A DNA stretch of 64,000 bases from Octopus sinensis (GCF_006345805.1 NC_043001.1:3658001-3722000); one strand, 5' to 3'; shown: positions 28,375-41,433, numbered from the stretch's first letter. Numbers and translations are program-made. Notes: a model not told the origin generated them from the letters alone.

Positions 28375-28650
28375 AATGATTATGTCATATATCACAAAAC
28401 GTGTATGACAACATCTGGACTTAAAAGAAATATGCTGGTTCACAAAATATTCCTTCCGAATCAGATTCCAAAAGGCAAATATATAGAAGAAGCTCGAATA
28501 ATATCTGTCGCTTGTGTATTAAACCCTGTCAGTCAACAGCCGGTCTTAAGAGTCTCATGAGGGCTCATCAGCAGAATGATTCTGCTGTGTGATGGGAGTA
28601 CTGTGTGCGTTGATAGGTCGGCTACCACCAGTTAAGATGAAGCAATCATC
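28375..28650 (+). mobile_element. Decayed RTE-like LINE 3' end with two C2H2-like fingers
   Basis: Reads YVIYHKTCMTTSGLKRNMLVHK, then in another frame ICRLCIKPCQSTAGLKSLMRAH...*. Same architecture as 50944-51230. Confidence 0.6.
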
Positions 28651-30678
28651 ATATGTGTGTGTGTGTGTATACATACGCAGAGGGAAATACTACATAAAAA
28701 TTGCCTCTGATTTTATCTCAAGACCAACCATTTTCAGAGGCTTGTGCTAATCGATTTCATGGATTGCAATATGTGATTGGTACTTTATTTTATCTTCCCT
28801 TAACGTATGAACCGGAAACTTGATCTGAAAATGCACATTTTCTTTTGTACTTAATAAAAGTATTTGAAGGTACTTTATTACATATTCGAAGTAAATTCTT
28901 GCAAACAAACTTCATTTCGCTTGGACGATAAGCTTTGCAAGATCCATTTTGTTGTTAGCCTGCTGTGTGTACCTATAAACTCACACACACACACACAAAC
29001 ACACACATATATAAATAAAAGGGTGATATGCCTAAAATGAAGTCATACATTATGCAGCCATTATATATTATTAAATGTCATTTTCCCGACAAACTTGTAA
29101 CAAAGTAGGAAATAATCGAAGAAACGCTACGTGCGTTACCCTCTAAAATGCTCGGTTAAATGCCATGGACGTAAGTAAGGTTAATGACATACACATAGAT
29201 TAACAAGAAAAGAACTGTTATTTACTTTACTAGAAGCGACGTCTGTGCTTATACGTGAGCAAATAATGTTATTTAAGCTAAAAACAAATTGTTTTAATTA
29301 ATTATGATTCAAATTTATATTTCTCAAAAAAAATGTCTTTGCTGTTTCTTTTGAGTGTTTTCCAGACATTTATATAATGGGAATATTTCAAATTTCGGTT
29401 GCTGCCTTCCAGCACAACAATCAGAATGTTCACTGAATGGTATTTTTCTACCCTTCTGAAAAAGAATTTGTTGTCGGTGAAGCATTATCTCTATTCTAAT
29501 GGAGAAATCTGTTTTGGCGAATGTTATACTCGCAGTTCCCAACATATTATAATATAAACTCATTTTCCTGACTACTATTTAAAAGAATTTTGTTTTTACT
29601 TTAATTTTTTTCATGGAATTCTAAACTTTCAGATTCATTAGTATTAATGGGTGCCCCTTTGGTGTGGGATCTACAAGGAAGATTACTTTGGGTTACGTTT
29701 CAGTTTATTTTTCGATTTCTAAAAACCCGAAAGATGTTGGCTAAAGACTTTTACAATGTGACTAGCAACGTGACAAAGGCAGATGCATTTTTACAAGAAA
29801 CCAGCAATAAATTCACATAATTTCTTAAGAAAAAGAAACGTGCCGCTTTGCCGTGTAATCTACAATTTTAAACGGAGATTATTTTTGGTTACTTTTTAGT
29901 TTACATTATATTAATATTACTTTCCGTGTGATCTACGTGAGCAAATTTACTTTGGAGAGTGATCTATGCTCTTATTTTAATTATTATATGGTTTTCGCAT
30001 TATTAGAATAGTAAGAAGTTTGAAAAATACATTTTCCAATGCTAAGTATGTACAAAATCCTTTCAAGAGTAACCTAAAGTAATCTCCCTTATAGATCACA
30101 TGCCAAAGGAGCTCCATGTTAATGACCTACTCAAACGGCGATCTGGCGGAGTCATCTTTCCAAGGGCAAGTTCGTCATTTATCATTTCTGGGTTGATAAA
30201 ATAAGTACCAGTCCTATGCTGGGTTGGATGTAATCAACTTTGACCTTACTCCAAAGTTGCTGGCCTTGTGCCAAGATTTGAAACCAGTGTTAATGATCGG
30301 TTTGGATTTCTTGCATTTTGTTTCTGTCGAGTTTGATGTAATTTTGACAGATAGTTGAGCCTTTGTAAAAAGTTATCCTTACTGTTTTTCCTTTTAATTA
30401 TCCTTTAGAAATGAGAACAGATTTCACAAATATTTGGATCCTGCTTTCGAAAGTAATTCATTCTCACCAAATATATTAAAACCCCTAAAATTCCTAGTGT
30501 TCAGCGTTGAAATATTAGTTAAACCATTTGTGCTTTATTTTTGCAGCTCTTAAATCAATAACTTGTATTACTTCTGTTATCCCTTTTTCATAGCCGAACG
30601 ATGTCGCCAGATATCGCCTCTCATTCAAAATATATATTTACTTCGTTTAGTCACTCTTTCTTGTCAGATGTGATTCTC

Positions 30679-30740
<62 letters not shown>

Positions 30741-31591
30741 TTTTAACTATATTGACTGCAATATTGATTCTAATGTTTTGAATAGTATAAAAGGAAAAGT
30801 AAGAATTACTTCAGCTCTGTTGCTTCTTAATAATATCTGGATTATTTTCAGGATTTTCAGACCTACATCTATATCTTTGCTGTACTTCATATATGATAGG
30901 CTAAATGATATTGTTAATGCTATCATGCGTATCATTAATTCAGAAAGCCTATCCAAAAGGACTGAGATAAAACAACCGTGTAACAATCTTTTCGAATTTT
31001 TCGTCAAGTCATTGTAAAAAGGATTTTCCTATTTTTGCCTAGATGACTCACAAAATCTCATCTCGATAATCCATTACTAAATTTGTATATGTTGCGCTTA
31101 CATTCCATCTCACTGATTTTCAAATCTTTAGATTGTATATTGTTTCATTAAAATAAATCGTGTGCTGATTATAAACAATCTTCTCCGAACTCTTGTATTA
31201 TTTTCTACCTTGTACTTAATAAAGGGAAAAATTTCCTGAAAAGTAATGGAAGCATTAAACAGACCTATGTAGGGTGATACGTTATCTAGTTTTCGTTTGG
31301 GTATCTTTTGATATCACTTTACACTTTCTGCTTAAGTTCTCCACTCAATAGCTTAAAGGTCCTGCTATATATACTTATATTATCGACACATTGCAATTCG
31401 CTAACCTTTCAATTAAAATGTTGTTTTGTAAAATGGATTGTTGCCTTTTAATGCTGATTTATTTTCCTATATTTTTTTTGTAATTAGTTTCCTTATTTCT
31501 TAACACCAAAATACTTCACTTTCTTCCGCATTCATACAGTACATTTTTACATAAAATGGAATTATTAAGGTTACTTTTTACCCAGTAAAAA

Positions 31592-31750
31592 TGGCCAGTC
31601 TAGTCACACAGTGTCACGCTGAATCTCCCCGATAACTACGTTAAGGATGTCTGTGGAGTGCTCAGCCACTTGGACGTTAATTTCACGAGCAGGCTGTTCT
31701 ATCGATCAGATCAACTGGTACACTCGTTCGTCATAACCGACGGAGTGCCA
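31592..31750 (+). mobile_element. SINE family C 3' part
   Basis: gtgtcacgctgaatctcccc..gtggagtgctcagccactt..ttaatttcacgagcaggctg..aaccgacggagtgcc. Confidence 0.8.
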
Positions 31751-32039
31751 CGTTCGGGATACAAATAACAATTTCATAATACTTATTTTATTGTTTTTGT
31801 TTGCACCCAAACAACAGAGAATTCCAAGTCGAGAAACGATGGGTTTCGTTTTCGTTAAGCTACTCTTAACATCAATTGATTATTGAAGGAACATTGCTAC
31901 ATTCCGTGGCCATTTGTATGTGTTACAGCAAAAAATATTAAAACGCCTTTATTTGATTTAGTTAACTTTTCAGTAATAAACTATATATCCATCCATCAAT
32001 CTATCCATACATACATGCATACATACATGTATATCATTG

Positions 32040-32650
32040 CTCAGATTTATTTCAAGATTTCTTGCCAATAAAGAAAGAGTCAGTTTCTAATCTAGATTCA
32101 AGGCTCCCTCATTGGAATTTCAACATCGATAACAGGATGCTTTTGTATGCATGCATGCATGTATGTTCAGATTTGAATGTTTTCTTTTTATGTATGCATT
32201 CTCATATATATAGTTGCATATCTAGAAATGCTCATATATATTTAAATGATACGCTTCTGGAAAGTTTAACATATTTTTACAGTTCCAGTGATGGATTGGA
32301 TCTGTAGTCTTCGAATTAACTTTCTATTTTCTTGGTTTGAGAAGCCTAATTTCTCCAGAATGGTGTATAGGCAAGGGATGTTAGATATCCCAATAAGTAC
32401 AGGTATAAACCTGAACATGTAATCTGGATAAAGGAACTGAAGATTTCTCATTAGGCCAGCGTAGGTGTTCTCTTTTTCACTGATCTTCAGATATATGTTA
32501 ACATCTGCTAGGCGGCTGATTTCCACAACTGCGCACAATTTCTCTTCTCAATCCCAAATCATTATATCATGTTTGTTGTGCTTACATTTTATTAAGGTTT
32601 TTCACTTGGACATTCCACCATACTCCTACTCATTCCATACTCGTTTGTAT
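32040..32650 (-). mobile_element. RLE-type LINE 3' end (restriction-like endonuclease domain plus UTR)
   Basis: The minus strand reads EYWWNVQVKNLIKCKHNKHDIMIWD*EEKLCAVVEISRLADVNI..FIPVLIG..LQIQSITGTVKIC, the HNKPD..W/EIS..D pattern of the PD-(D/E)xK RLE in R4/Dong/NeSL-type elements. Confidence 0.8.
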
Positions 32651-32881
32651 GTATGCAGATAAGTATGTATGCTTCATCAACTAAGAGGAGATAGAAACTT
32701 CAGTGGAGTTCTTTGCATTGAAGGACAAGAATTATTATCTAACAGAAAGGAGACTTCAAATGGTGCAAACAATGTCGTCTAATTTGAATGCCTGGCTGCT
32801 TCTGGGGTGACGTAAGGAATAAAGCAATCAGGACAATAATATTTAAAACATTTGACTCAATAATATACATATGTATTATGA

Positions 32882-32933
<52 letters not shown>

Positions 32934-33164
32934 TATACTCACATGCATACATGCATGCATAAGTACAGGTTGGGAGAGAAGAGAGAAAGAGAAATAGAAA
33001 GAGAGAGAAAGCGAAAGGGAGAGAAATATGTTTATGCTCCATTCGCCAATTACATCCGAGGAAGTCCATGCAGAAAATCAGTTAATATTTTTAGCTTTGA
33101 TAAAGTTCGTTGTTGGAATTTGCAACCACCTTGTTGATAATCGGTTTCAGCACTCTGTCACCAT

Positions 33165-33300
33165 TGCTTTGTCGCTGTTCTTCTTCTTCTTGTTCTTATT
33201 GTTGTTTTTTTCTTCTCATTTTTCTTCACCTCTTCCTCCTCGTCCTCCTCCTCCTCGTCCTCGTCCTCCTCCTCCTCCTCCTTCTTTTTCTTCTTCTTCT

Positions 33301-33338
<38 letters not shown>

Positions 33339-33340
33339 GC
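33165..33340. repeat. Compound (TTC)/(CCT)/(CTG) trinucleotide tract
   Basis: Visible directly in the sequence. Confidence 0.9.
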
Positions 33341-33959
33341 CCACCACATGCAATAATACATATACATGAAATATTATATCTAGAATGGAAATGAATTCGC
33401 GTGCAAAGTTTCAAGTTCAACGCAAACTCTTCAAACCGTTTCTACAAGACTCAAATAAAGAAATAACAAGAAAAAAAAAGAAAAAAAGGGCAAAAAAAAA
33501 AAGAAAGTCAATAAAATTTGTCCATTCGTTCTTTTGCTTCTTTCAGTCCTTCAAGAGCAGAAATGTGGGGCCAACATTGTGAAAAGTGTTCTCGAACAAA
33601 CAGACCCTTATAATTATTTACTTATGTCCGTTATTAATCAGTTTCGGTGACATAAACACTTTGATACACACAAATACAAATACACACACACTTACATGTG
33701 TACTATGCGCCCCCCCCCCACAACCAAAATAAAAGAAAAGAAAAAAATGGATAAATGACCGCAAATGGAAAGATTTTTGTTCTGAAAAAATACATGTTTA
33801 TTGCTTGCAGGACAACGTCGAAAATTTGTAGATAAGATTTAGTTTCGAATTGTTGTAGAACGGGTGTTTTTAATATTTGCTGCAGAAACATTATCACGCT
33901 TCGAACGATCAGGTCGATTATTGACGCATATCGGTTTCATTATAATTGTTATTGATCGG

Positions 33960-34150
<191 letters not shown>

Positions 34151-34894
34151 AACAGACGTCGAAACGAGCACCAGGGACCCTGGAAAAACACTCTAATTAC
34201 ACAGTGAATACGTAAATTGAATAATTACCTATACATGCAGCAGTTCATGCATCGATATGCTAATGTTGATATTTACAAGCAACGTAAATAATACTTTTTT
34301 TTATTTGCCACCAGGGCCGAACACAGAACATAGAGGACGATACAGAGACGAGGTGCAGTGAGGTTAAACGTGTAAACAACAAACAAACACAACGCTTAAC
34401 AAAGAGATCAAATCAACAATGTGCTTCCAAGAAACAACATAAATAATGCCTACTCGTCACACTCGAACGCACACAGAAAATAAAAGGAATACACGAGTTA
34501 CGTGCAACACTGCACCAAACAAAACAGAGTAACTTGCCGCAAATATAAAGGGGAGCAAATCAGTCACACAGTTTAAAACATCATTAAAGTGTTATGCTCG
34601 GAAACATAGCTACCAAAAGTATTGAGGCCATTTTCGAACTATCAGACTACGATATGATAAATATAGGCATTAGAAGAACAAAGAAACGGTGTCATGTCAA
34701 AAAGTCAACCTTGAACAAACAGACCCGTCTCCTATTGTCACCGTCAATGCCGGATCCGTCATCTCCCGGGACAAGGACTGCGTAACGCAGTAGTGAATTA
34801 GACTGGGGTAGAAAAGTCTGCTGCTGGAATAAACTCTCCCCCAAAAAAAGAAACAAACCGAATTAGCAGGTAATCAGAACCATGATAACCTATT

Positions 34895-35123
34895 TCTTTA
34901 CTACCCACAAGGGGCTAAACACAGAGGGGACAAACAAGGACAGACAAAGGGATTAAGTTGATTACATCGACCCCAATGCGTAACTGATACTTAATATATC
35001 GACCCCGAAAGGATGAGAGGCAAAGTCGACCTCGGCGGAATTTGAACTCAGAACGTAACGGGAGACGAAATACGGCTACGCATTTCGCCTGGCGTGCTAA
35101 CGTTTCTGCCAGCTCACCGCCCT
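34895..35123 (-). mobile_element. SINE family B (tail type ii)
   Basis: Family-B head and core, with 3' tail ttaatccctttgtctgtccttgtttgtccctctgtgtttagccccttgtgggtagtaaagaaat on the minus strand. Confidence 0.85.
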
Positions 35124-35169
35124 TTAACCATGATGACCGTAACCCTAGACCTGCAGTGACACCACATAC

Positions 35170-35770
35170 AGCAAAATGTGTAAAATGGACTACAGAGGAT
35201 TATAGTGTTATTTTGAAAGCTCTCTATAGAGCCCAACTATTTCCAGACAATAATCTTATTATACAAATATACATTTCCTGGAGATAGGCAACGAAGAACG
35301 CATATATACAGATGCAAATAAATGAGGTAATGTATATAGAGACATCATAAAGAATAACCGGTTGACTGGCAGTGAATTTAGACGAATTAGGGTAGAAATA
35401 TCCCATGGTAGAAAAAAAAAAGAAAACAGCTACAATGCAGATGAAATAGGTAACAAATGCACAGAGCCCAGTGAACGAACACTACATCGCAACGATGAGG
35501 CTGAAGAAAGAATAAAAAAGAACAGATATGCGGAAAAAGAGGAGAAAGTAGACCTGCGTCAAGAACACCAGATTAGGTATGACACAGTATTTGAGGTGAA
35601 TAATAAAGGAAAGATTATAGAAGCAAAAGAAGATATTATGAGAGAACTCAGCAGGATTGAATTTAATGACATGATCAATAGAGAACCGCTACCAAAGCTC
35701 TCAAACAGCTTTAAAAATAACAAGATAGACATGATGTATAATAATGCTCATAGACAAATCTTAAGATAAA
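35170..35770 (+). pseudogene. N-terminal ORF fragment of an R4/Dong-like LINE
   Basis: KWTTEDYSVILKALYRAQ..WR*..YTDANK*GNVYRDIIKNNRLTGSEFRRIR..REPLPKL resembles the KW..E..Y/DANKL..RR.I...RL N-terminus of R4/Dong ORFs (recognised by eye). Confidence 0.65.
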
Positions 35771-35778
35771 AGGGAAAT

Positions 35779-35848
35779 GTCATATGGCGTAGTGGCTAAG
35801 AGCGCGGGCTACTAACCCCAAGATTCTGAGTTCGACTCCAGGCAGTGA

Positions 35849-35907
<59 letters not shown>

Positions 35908-35985
35908 TATAATAATAATATAATGATGATATAATAATAATATAATAATAATAATAATAATAATATAATAATAATAATAATAATT
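35779..35985 (+). mobile_element. tRNA-like mini-SINE or retro-pseudo-tRNA with (AAT)n tail
   Basis: ~72-bp head with A box TGGCGTAGTGG, GGG-ctactaa-CCC arm, B box GAGTTCGACTCC and GTCA/TGAC ends, followed directly by TG(AAT)n. Confidence 0.7.
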
Positions 35986-35986
35986 A

Positions 35987-36325
35987 GCAGATGACAACGT
36001 GTCTCTAAAAGAAATGGAGAAACCTTCAAAATACAAAAAACCTGGAAATTGGGGTAACCAGATTGTGGAATCTAAAAACAGAAACAATGCCTATCCTAGT
36101 AGGTGCATTAGGCATGATAAAAAAATATTCAGACAAATACATAACAAAAACACCAGGACTTACAAACACATATAACATACATAAAATTGCACTACTAGGC
36201 ACTGCACGCATCCTACGCAGAACACTTTCAATACAGTAACCATAAGAGCATCACAGCACGTACCCAAGGCACACGGAGCTGCGCTCGGTAGTGAAGTGAA
36301 AGCTCACTATAAAAATAAAACTACC

Positions 36326-36375
<50 letters not shown>

Positions 36376-36385
36376 TAATAATATA
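35987..36385 (+). mobile_element. R4/Dong-like LINE 3' end with (AAT)n tail
   Basis: ADDNVSLKEMEKPSKY/LEIGVTRLWNLKTETMPILVGALGMIKK..HKIALLGTARILRRTLSIQ*, then UTR and (AAT)n. It is flanked by TAA repeats on both sides. Confidence 0.85.
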
Positions 36386-36452
36386 ATATCAACAACAACA
36401 ACAACAACAACAACAGCAGCAGCAGCAGCAGCAGCAACAACATCATCATGTA

Positions 36453-37420
36453 GCGTCGAAATTTTGGACACAAGAGTCAAATTTTCGGAAGGCTGATGGA
36501 TACAGAATTATTTTGCAAACCCACGTCATTCCATATTTATCTCGTCCACCGCACTGATCATACACATCATACTATCAGATCATATCACAAGTCCCAGTTT
36601 TTAAGGATAAGACATATTTTCACAGACACTGGAGATTATTGGAAAGAAGCAAATACCTTTGTGCACCATTATGTAAAGCACGATTATAGTGAATCGCGTT
36701 TAAAGGAAATCGCGAATGACAGCTGAAATTAGTAACGATAATCAGACATTCACGCCTCATTTTAGCAGTCAGGAAAGAGCTTATGGCCGAATCCCTTTAG
36801 TGATTAACTGGCATCGAAGTTTCGCTGGCATTTCAAAAGTGCTGTATAAGAGTTACCAACATATTTCAGAAAAAAATATTCTCATTTCAGTCAAATATTT
36901 CCTCTTCCGCCTTTTGTAGCCTTTAGACGTCATAAAAATATTAGAAAAATATCGACCAGTACATCTAATAAAAATTCCATTGGAGCTTCTGAACGCTGCG
37001 CACCCCCAGAAACATCCATAAGAGAGATAAACCTTGTTTGTTGTGAAACAACATGAGTCAGACCAATTCCACCAAGAATTATAATAGACATGTTATGATT
37101 TACACAGAAGGAGGGATCTGTAAGGAATCTCATTTCGTGTATGCAGCGGAATGCACCAGACACAAAATGATTTATATTGTTTGCACAAAAGAATGATTGC
37201 CAAAAAGATTTAACGGCCACAGGTAAGACGTCAGGCACAATAACAGTGGTTCAACGGAACTTGAGGATTATTTCCCATCAAACGGGTGTAAATTTGAGGA
37301 AGACCTGAAGGTGCACATTCTTAAAAACTACCCTCACTCCACTGCATTTTCACTCCTCAAAACCCATGAGGACAGATATATTTGTGAACCGTTGACATCT
37401 CAACCTGGGTGGGGGGATTA
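36453..37420 (+). pseudogene. Penelope-like element: RT thumb, linker and GIY-YIG endonuclease, decayed
   Basis: ILDTRV..DTELFCKPT..HIYL..HTHHTIRSYHKSQFLRIRHI (TDLY.KPT/SQFLR), IPLVINWH, and FVYAAECTRHKMIYIVCTKE*LPKRFNGHR*DVR..TELEDYF (VY..YIG..RF..H GIY-YIG pattern). Confidence 0.8.
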
Positions 37421-37584
37421 ATAAAATAGCAGAATTCCACCATATTTATACTAAAATTTTTGTTTTTTTTCATTTTGTGAAAGATCGAAGACTGATGACG
37501 TCATTTTACCTGGAAATAAACGCAGTCAATCCCTAATTGCTAGCAATAAGAATCGAGCTCTTTTTCTTGTTTTTCTACCTTCAG

Positions 37585-37606
37585 GAAGAGTAACTGCAAT
37601 CTTGAA

Positions 37607-37641
<35 letters not shown>

Positions 37642-37795
37642 AATAATATAATAAATAATATAATAATAATAATAATAATAAAGAAGAAGAAGAAAGAAGA
37701 AGAAGAAGAAGAAGAAAGATAAGAAAGAAGAAAAGAAGAAGAAGAAGAAGAAGAAGAAAGAAGAAGAAGAAGAAGAAGCAGAAGAAGAAAGAAGA
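37585..37795. repeat. (AAT)n followed by (GAA)n
   Basis: Visible directly in the sequence. Confidence 0.95.
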
Positions 37796-37799
37796 ATTC

Positions 37800-37994
37800 T
37801 TTCTAGCGGAGGCACAAGTCTCAAATTTGGGGCGATGGTTTAGTCCATTATATTGACCCCAATGTTTCATCGGTATTTCATCGGCCCTGAAAGGATAAAA
37901 AGCAAAGTCGGCCTCGGTGGAATTTGAACCCAGAACGTGAAGAAGGACCAAATGGCACTAAATAAATTGTCCAGTGTGCTGTCAGCTCGTCGCT
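37800..37994 (-). mobile_element. SINE family B (tail type i), diverged
   Basis: ggataaaaagcaaagtcggcctcggtggaatttgaacccagaacg matches family B. Confidence 0.75.
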
Positions 37995-38019
37995 TTAATA
38001 ATAAAAATAATAATGATAA

Positions 38020-38360
38020 TAATCTAAAAGAAAGAAGTAGAAAAACTGAGCAACTATGACGATTTGGAGTTGGAAATACGCAGGTTGTAGCCAAAGAAGA
38101 GAGTGGACGTGATGCCAGCCAGTAGTAATTGGTGCGCTTGGAAGTATCGGCACACAACTACCAACATGGCCGAAAAAGATTGGTCCAGATGTAAAGATAG
38201 AACATCTACAAAAATCCTTATCGCAAGAGTTCTCCGTGGGGTTTTGAAACTCGATCAGTAAACAAGTGTCACCTTAATCTCCTGGGTGTGGGCAGCTGAC
38301 ACTATCCATCATATGCGGCAAAATATGCTGAGAGTTTTCCGGCAAATAATAATATTAATA
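38020..38360 (+). mobile_element. R4/Dong-like LINE 3' end, second subfamily
   Basis: KEVEKLSNYDDLELEIRRL..VVIGALGSIGTQLPTW..HLQK..RVLRGVLK. It is preceded and followed by AAT repeats. Confidence 0.7.
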
Positions 38361-38734
38361 ATTCTAATTATTTTGACTGCTTGTTGAACTGTATGTCAAG
38401 AGGTTATCTATATGCCTCAGGTTCAAACTAAGGCAGGAGTAATGTCGAAAGAACATACATGTATGTGTACAAGTTTGCTTTGTTTGGAAATAGTTGGTCT
38501 GGTTAGAACAAGGAAGAAATTGGAGAGAATAATTGAAATTTTGAGTTGGTGGATAGCAATAAGGATGTGGGTACGAAGCAAAAATAATTAAAGTAGTAAG
38601 ATTAGTGTAATTATATCGTATGAGTCTAGAAAAATTAGGTACGGTAGTGGTTTAGTGAAGAGGATCTGTGCACTTATTGTCAGGTGACCGATGCTTGGTT
38701 TCTGAAGTAAAGCGAGTTGCCAAATAAGTGTTCT

Positions 38735-39133
38735 TTTCTACTCTAGACACAAGGATCGACATTTTGGGGGAGGGTTCCAGTAGGTTACATTGACCCCAGT
38801 ACGCAACTGGTGCTTAATCTATCGACCCTCCAAAGGATGAAAGGCAAAGTCGACCTCGGCGGAATTCGAAACCAGAGGTAAAGACAGACGAATTACCTAA
38901 TTTTTTTTACTACCCACAAGGGGCTAAACACAGATAGGACAAACAAGGACAGACAAATGGATTAAGTCGATTACATCGTCCCCAGTGTGTAAGTGGTGCT
39001 TATTTAATCGACCTCGAAAGGAAGAAAGGCAAAGTCGGCATCGGCGGAATTTGAACTCAGAACGTAGCGGCAGACGAAATACCGCTAAGCATTTCGCCCG
39101 GTGTGCTAACGTCTCTGCCAGCACGCTGCCTTT
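38735..39133 (-). mobile_element. Two adjacent SINE family B copies (tail i, then tail ii)
   Basis: 38735-38895 and 38905-39133 each contain ggaaggcaaagtcg..cggcggaatt but end in different tails. Confidence 0.8.
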
Positions 39134-39469
39134 TGCCTAATAAGTAATAATTGTTAAAAGATAATGATTGAATGCTAAAACGGTTTGTATAAATTTAATG
39201 GGAGCCTCCTGCACTTTTGTTCATCTTTGGATTCCAGTGTTGTACACACTGTATTTACTTTTGTCTGTTTCAAGATAAAAAGTTCAAGAGACACAAGACG
39301 CTTACAGCTGCCAACACTCATCTGTTTATAATAAGGTAATATTCTCTCATATCCAGAGGTTTTATCACGGAAAATTGGAATCAAACAACACCAGTCGTAT
39401 GACGGTGACATTCGTTTACTGTTATTGCTAGTTGTCAAAGTAAGGAGACACACATTTTCATACACACGC

Positions 39470-40250
39470 AACATACATACATACGTACATAAGTACATAT
39501 ATGCATACATGCACACCTTCACGAACTCGTATGAATATTACATATACACATGTATACACATATACATATTGAAGTATACATACATACGGACGTACATACA
39601 TACACTCATACACTTATACATACTTACATACATATATACATATATACATACATACATACATACATACATACATACACACATACATACATACATACATACA
39701 CACACATACATACATACATACATACATACATACATACATACATACATACATACACACATACATACATACGTCATACGTACGTATATACATATATACGTAC
39801 ACTCATACTCTCATACATACGTACATATATACACTCATACACTCAGATTAATACATACATTCATATTTACGTACATACACACATATATACACACAGAGAC
39901 ATACATACGCGCAGACATACATATACACATACACACATATATTTATACACACATACATACATACGCACATACATACATACACACATACATTTATACACAC
40001 ATACATACATACACACATACATACACACATACATACATACACACATACACACATACATTTATACACACATACATACATACGCACATACATACACACATAC
40101 ATACATACACACATACACACATACATTTATACACACATACATACATACGCACATACATACACACAAACATTTATACACACATACATGCATACACACATGC
40201 ATATATATATATTATATACATGTATGTACATACATCGCTACATACTCCCA
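39470..40250. repeat. (CATA)/(CA) tract with higher-order units
   Basis: The landmark TTTATACAC recurs at 39942, 39990, 40058, 40126 and 40170. Confidence 0.9.
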
Positions 40251-40742
40251 CCCACCCCACATAAACATACGTATCCTTCATTTTAATATTTGTGCTTTCA
40301 TTACTCAGGCAAATGGTATTCTTTTCGGAAAGAGTTAATCAAGCTGCGTGAACATTTAAGCATGAAAAAAAGAGAAGCAACAGTGAGAGCGATTGAGAGA
40401 GTGAGAGAGAGACAGAGAGAGGGAGAAGAAGGAAGATAAAGCGAGGAGAGAGAGAGAGAGAGCCAGACAGGAAGTGGTCGAGAGTGAGGAGTGGAGGAGA
40501 GATAATTGTTAGCATTAACATCATTATATTTCCATATTAGTTTTTTTCTTTGTCTCATCGTGGTAAGAAAATTAGTATACAAACTGATTTGACCAAGTCT
40601 TTTGTCTTATTAGCAGAGCAACTATTTTTTTCCAATAATTTTACGCCACGGAAGCCAATCAAATTATCCCTCGAAATATATAACAACTCCAATGACATTG
40701 ATGCACGCACACACACACACACACTCGTATATAGTATATATT

Positions 40743-40836
<94 letters not shown>

Positions 40837-41390
40837 TATGTGTGCGTGGATACATATATATGTGTGCATATGTATATTTATACACACACACGCACACACA
40901 CACACACACACAAATATATATATGTATGTATGTATATCGGAAAGAAACGTTTGACAAGCTGTTGTTTCAGATATTTCTGTTAGTTTTAATGCTTCTAGCT
41001 CCGCAGTAAATCACTGCTGTCCATACGGGGATGAGGTGGTGGTGGGGGGGGGAGAGGGGAAGGTGTAGAAAATCAATTGATATCATCTCGAACGTAAAGC
41101 GGAAAGGGTGGGGGAAGAGGAGATGATAAATGGTGGTGGTGAGGGTCAGTGTGAGAGAATAATAAAAGAAAAAAAATGTATTGAAAAACCAAGGAAAAAA
41201 AAAACCTAAATAATCCAGTACTTCATTAGTGTCTCATCACTGATTAATGCTTTAATGCTGTCCTCTTTCTTTTGTTGTTGATTTCTTAGTTCTTTGTATT
41301 GTTGTTATCGTTGACAGTTTACAGTTTCTTTTATTATCCTTTCATATACACACACACACACATATATATATCTATACATACATACGTACA

Positions 41391-41433
<43 letters not shown>

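Noticed and set aside
30300-31300. Possible Penelope RT N-terminal region on the minus strand
   Set aside because: Only weak motif resemblance, with many stops; I cannot support it by eye.
35779-35850. Functional tRNA gene
   Set aside because: The acceptor and anticodon stems are imperfect, the ACT anticodon is atypical, and there is an AAT tail instead of an oligo-T terminator. Treated as SINE-like.
39175-39420. RT-like LIPIF motif in the minus-strand ORF
   Set aside because: A single short motif with no further RT motifs.
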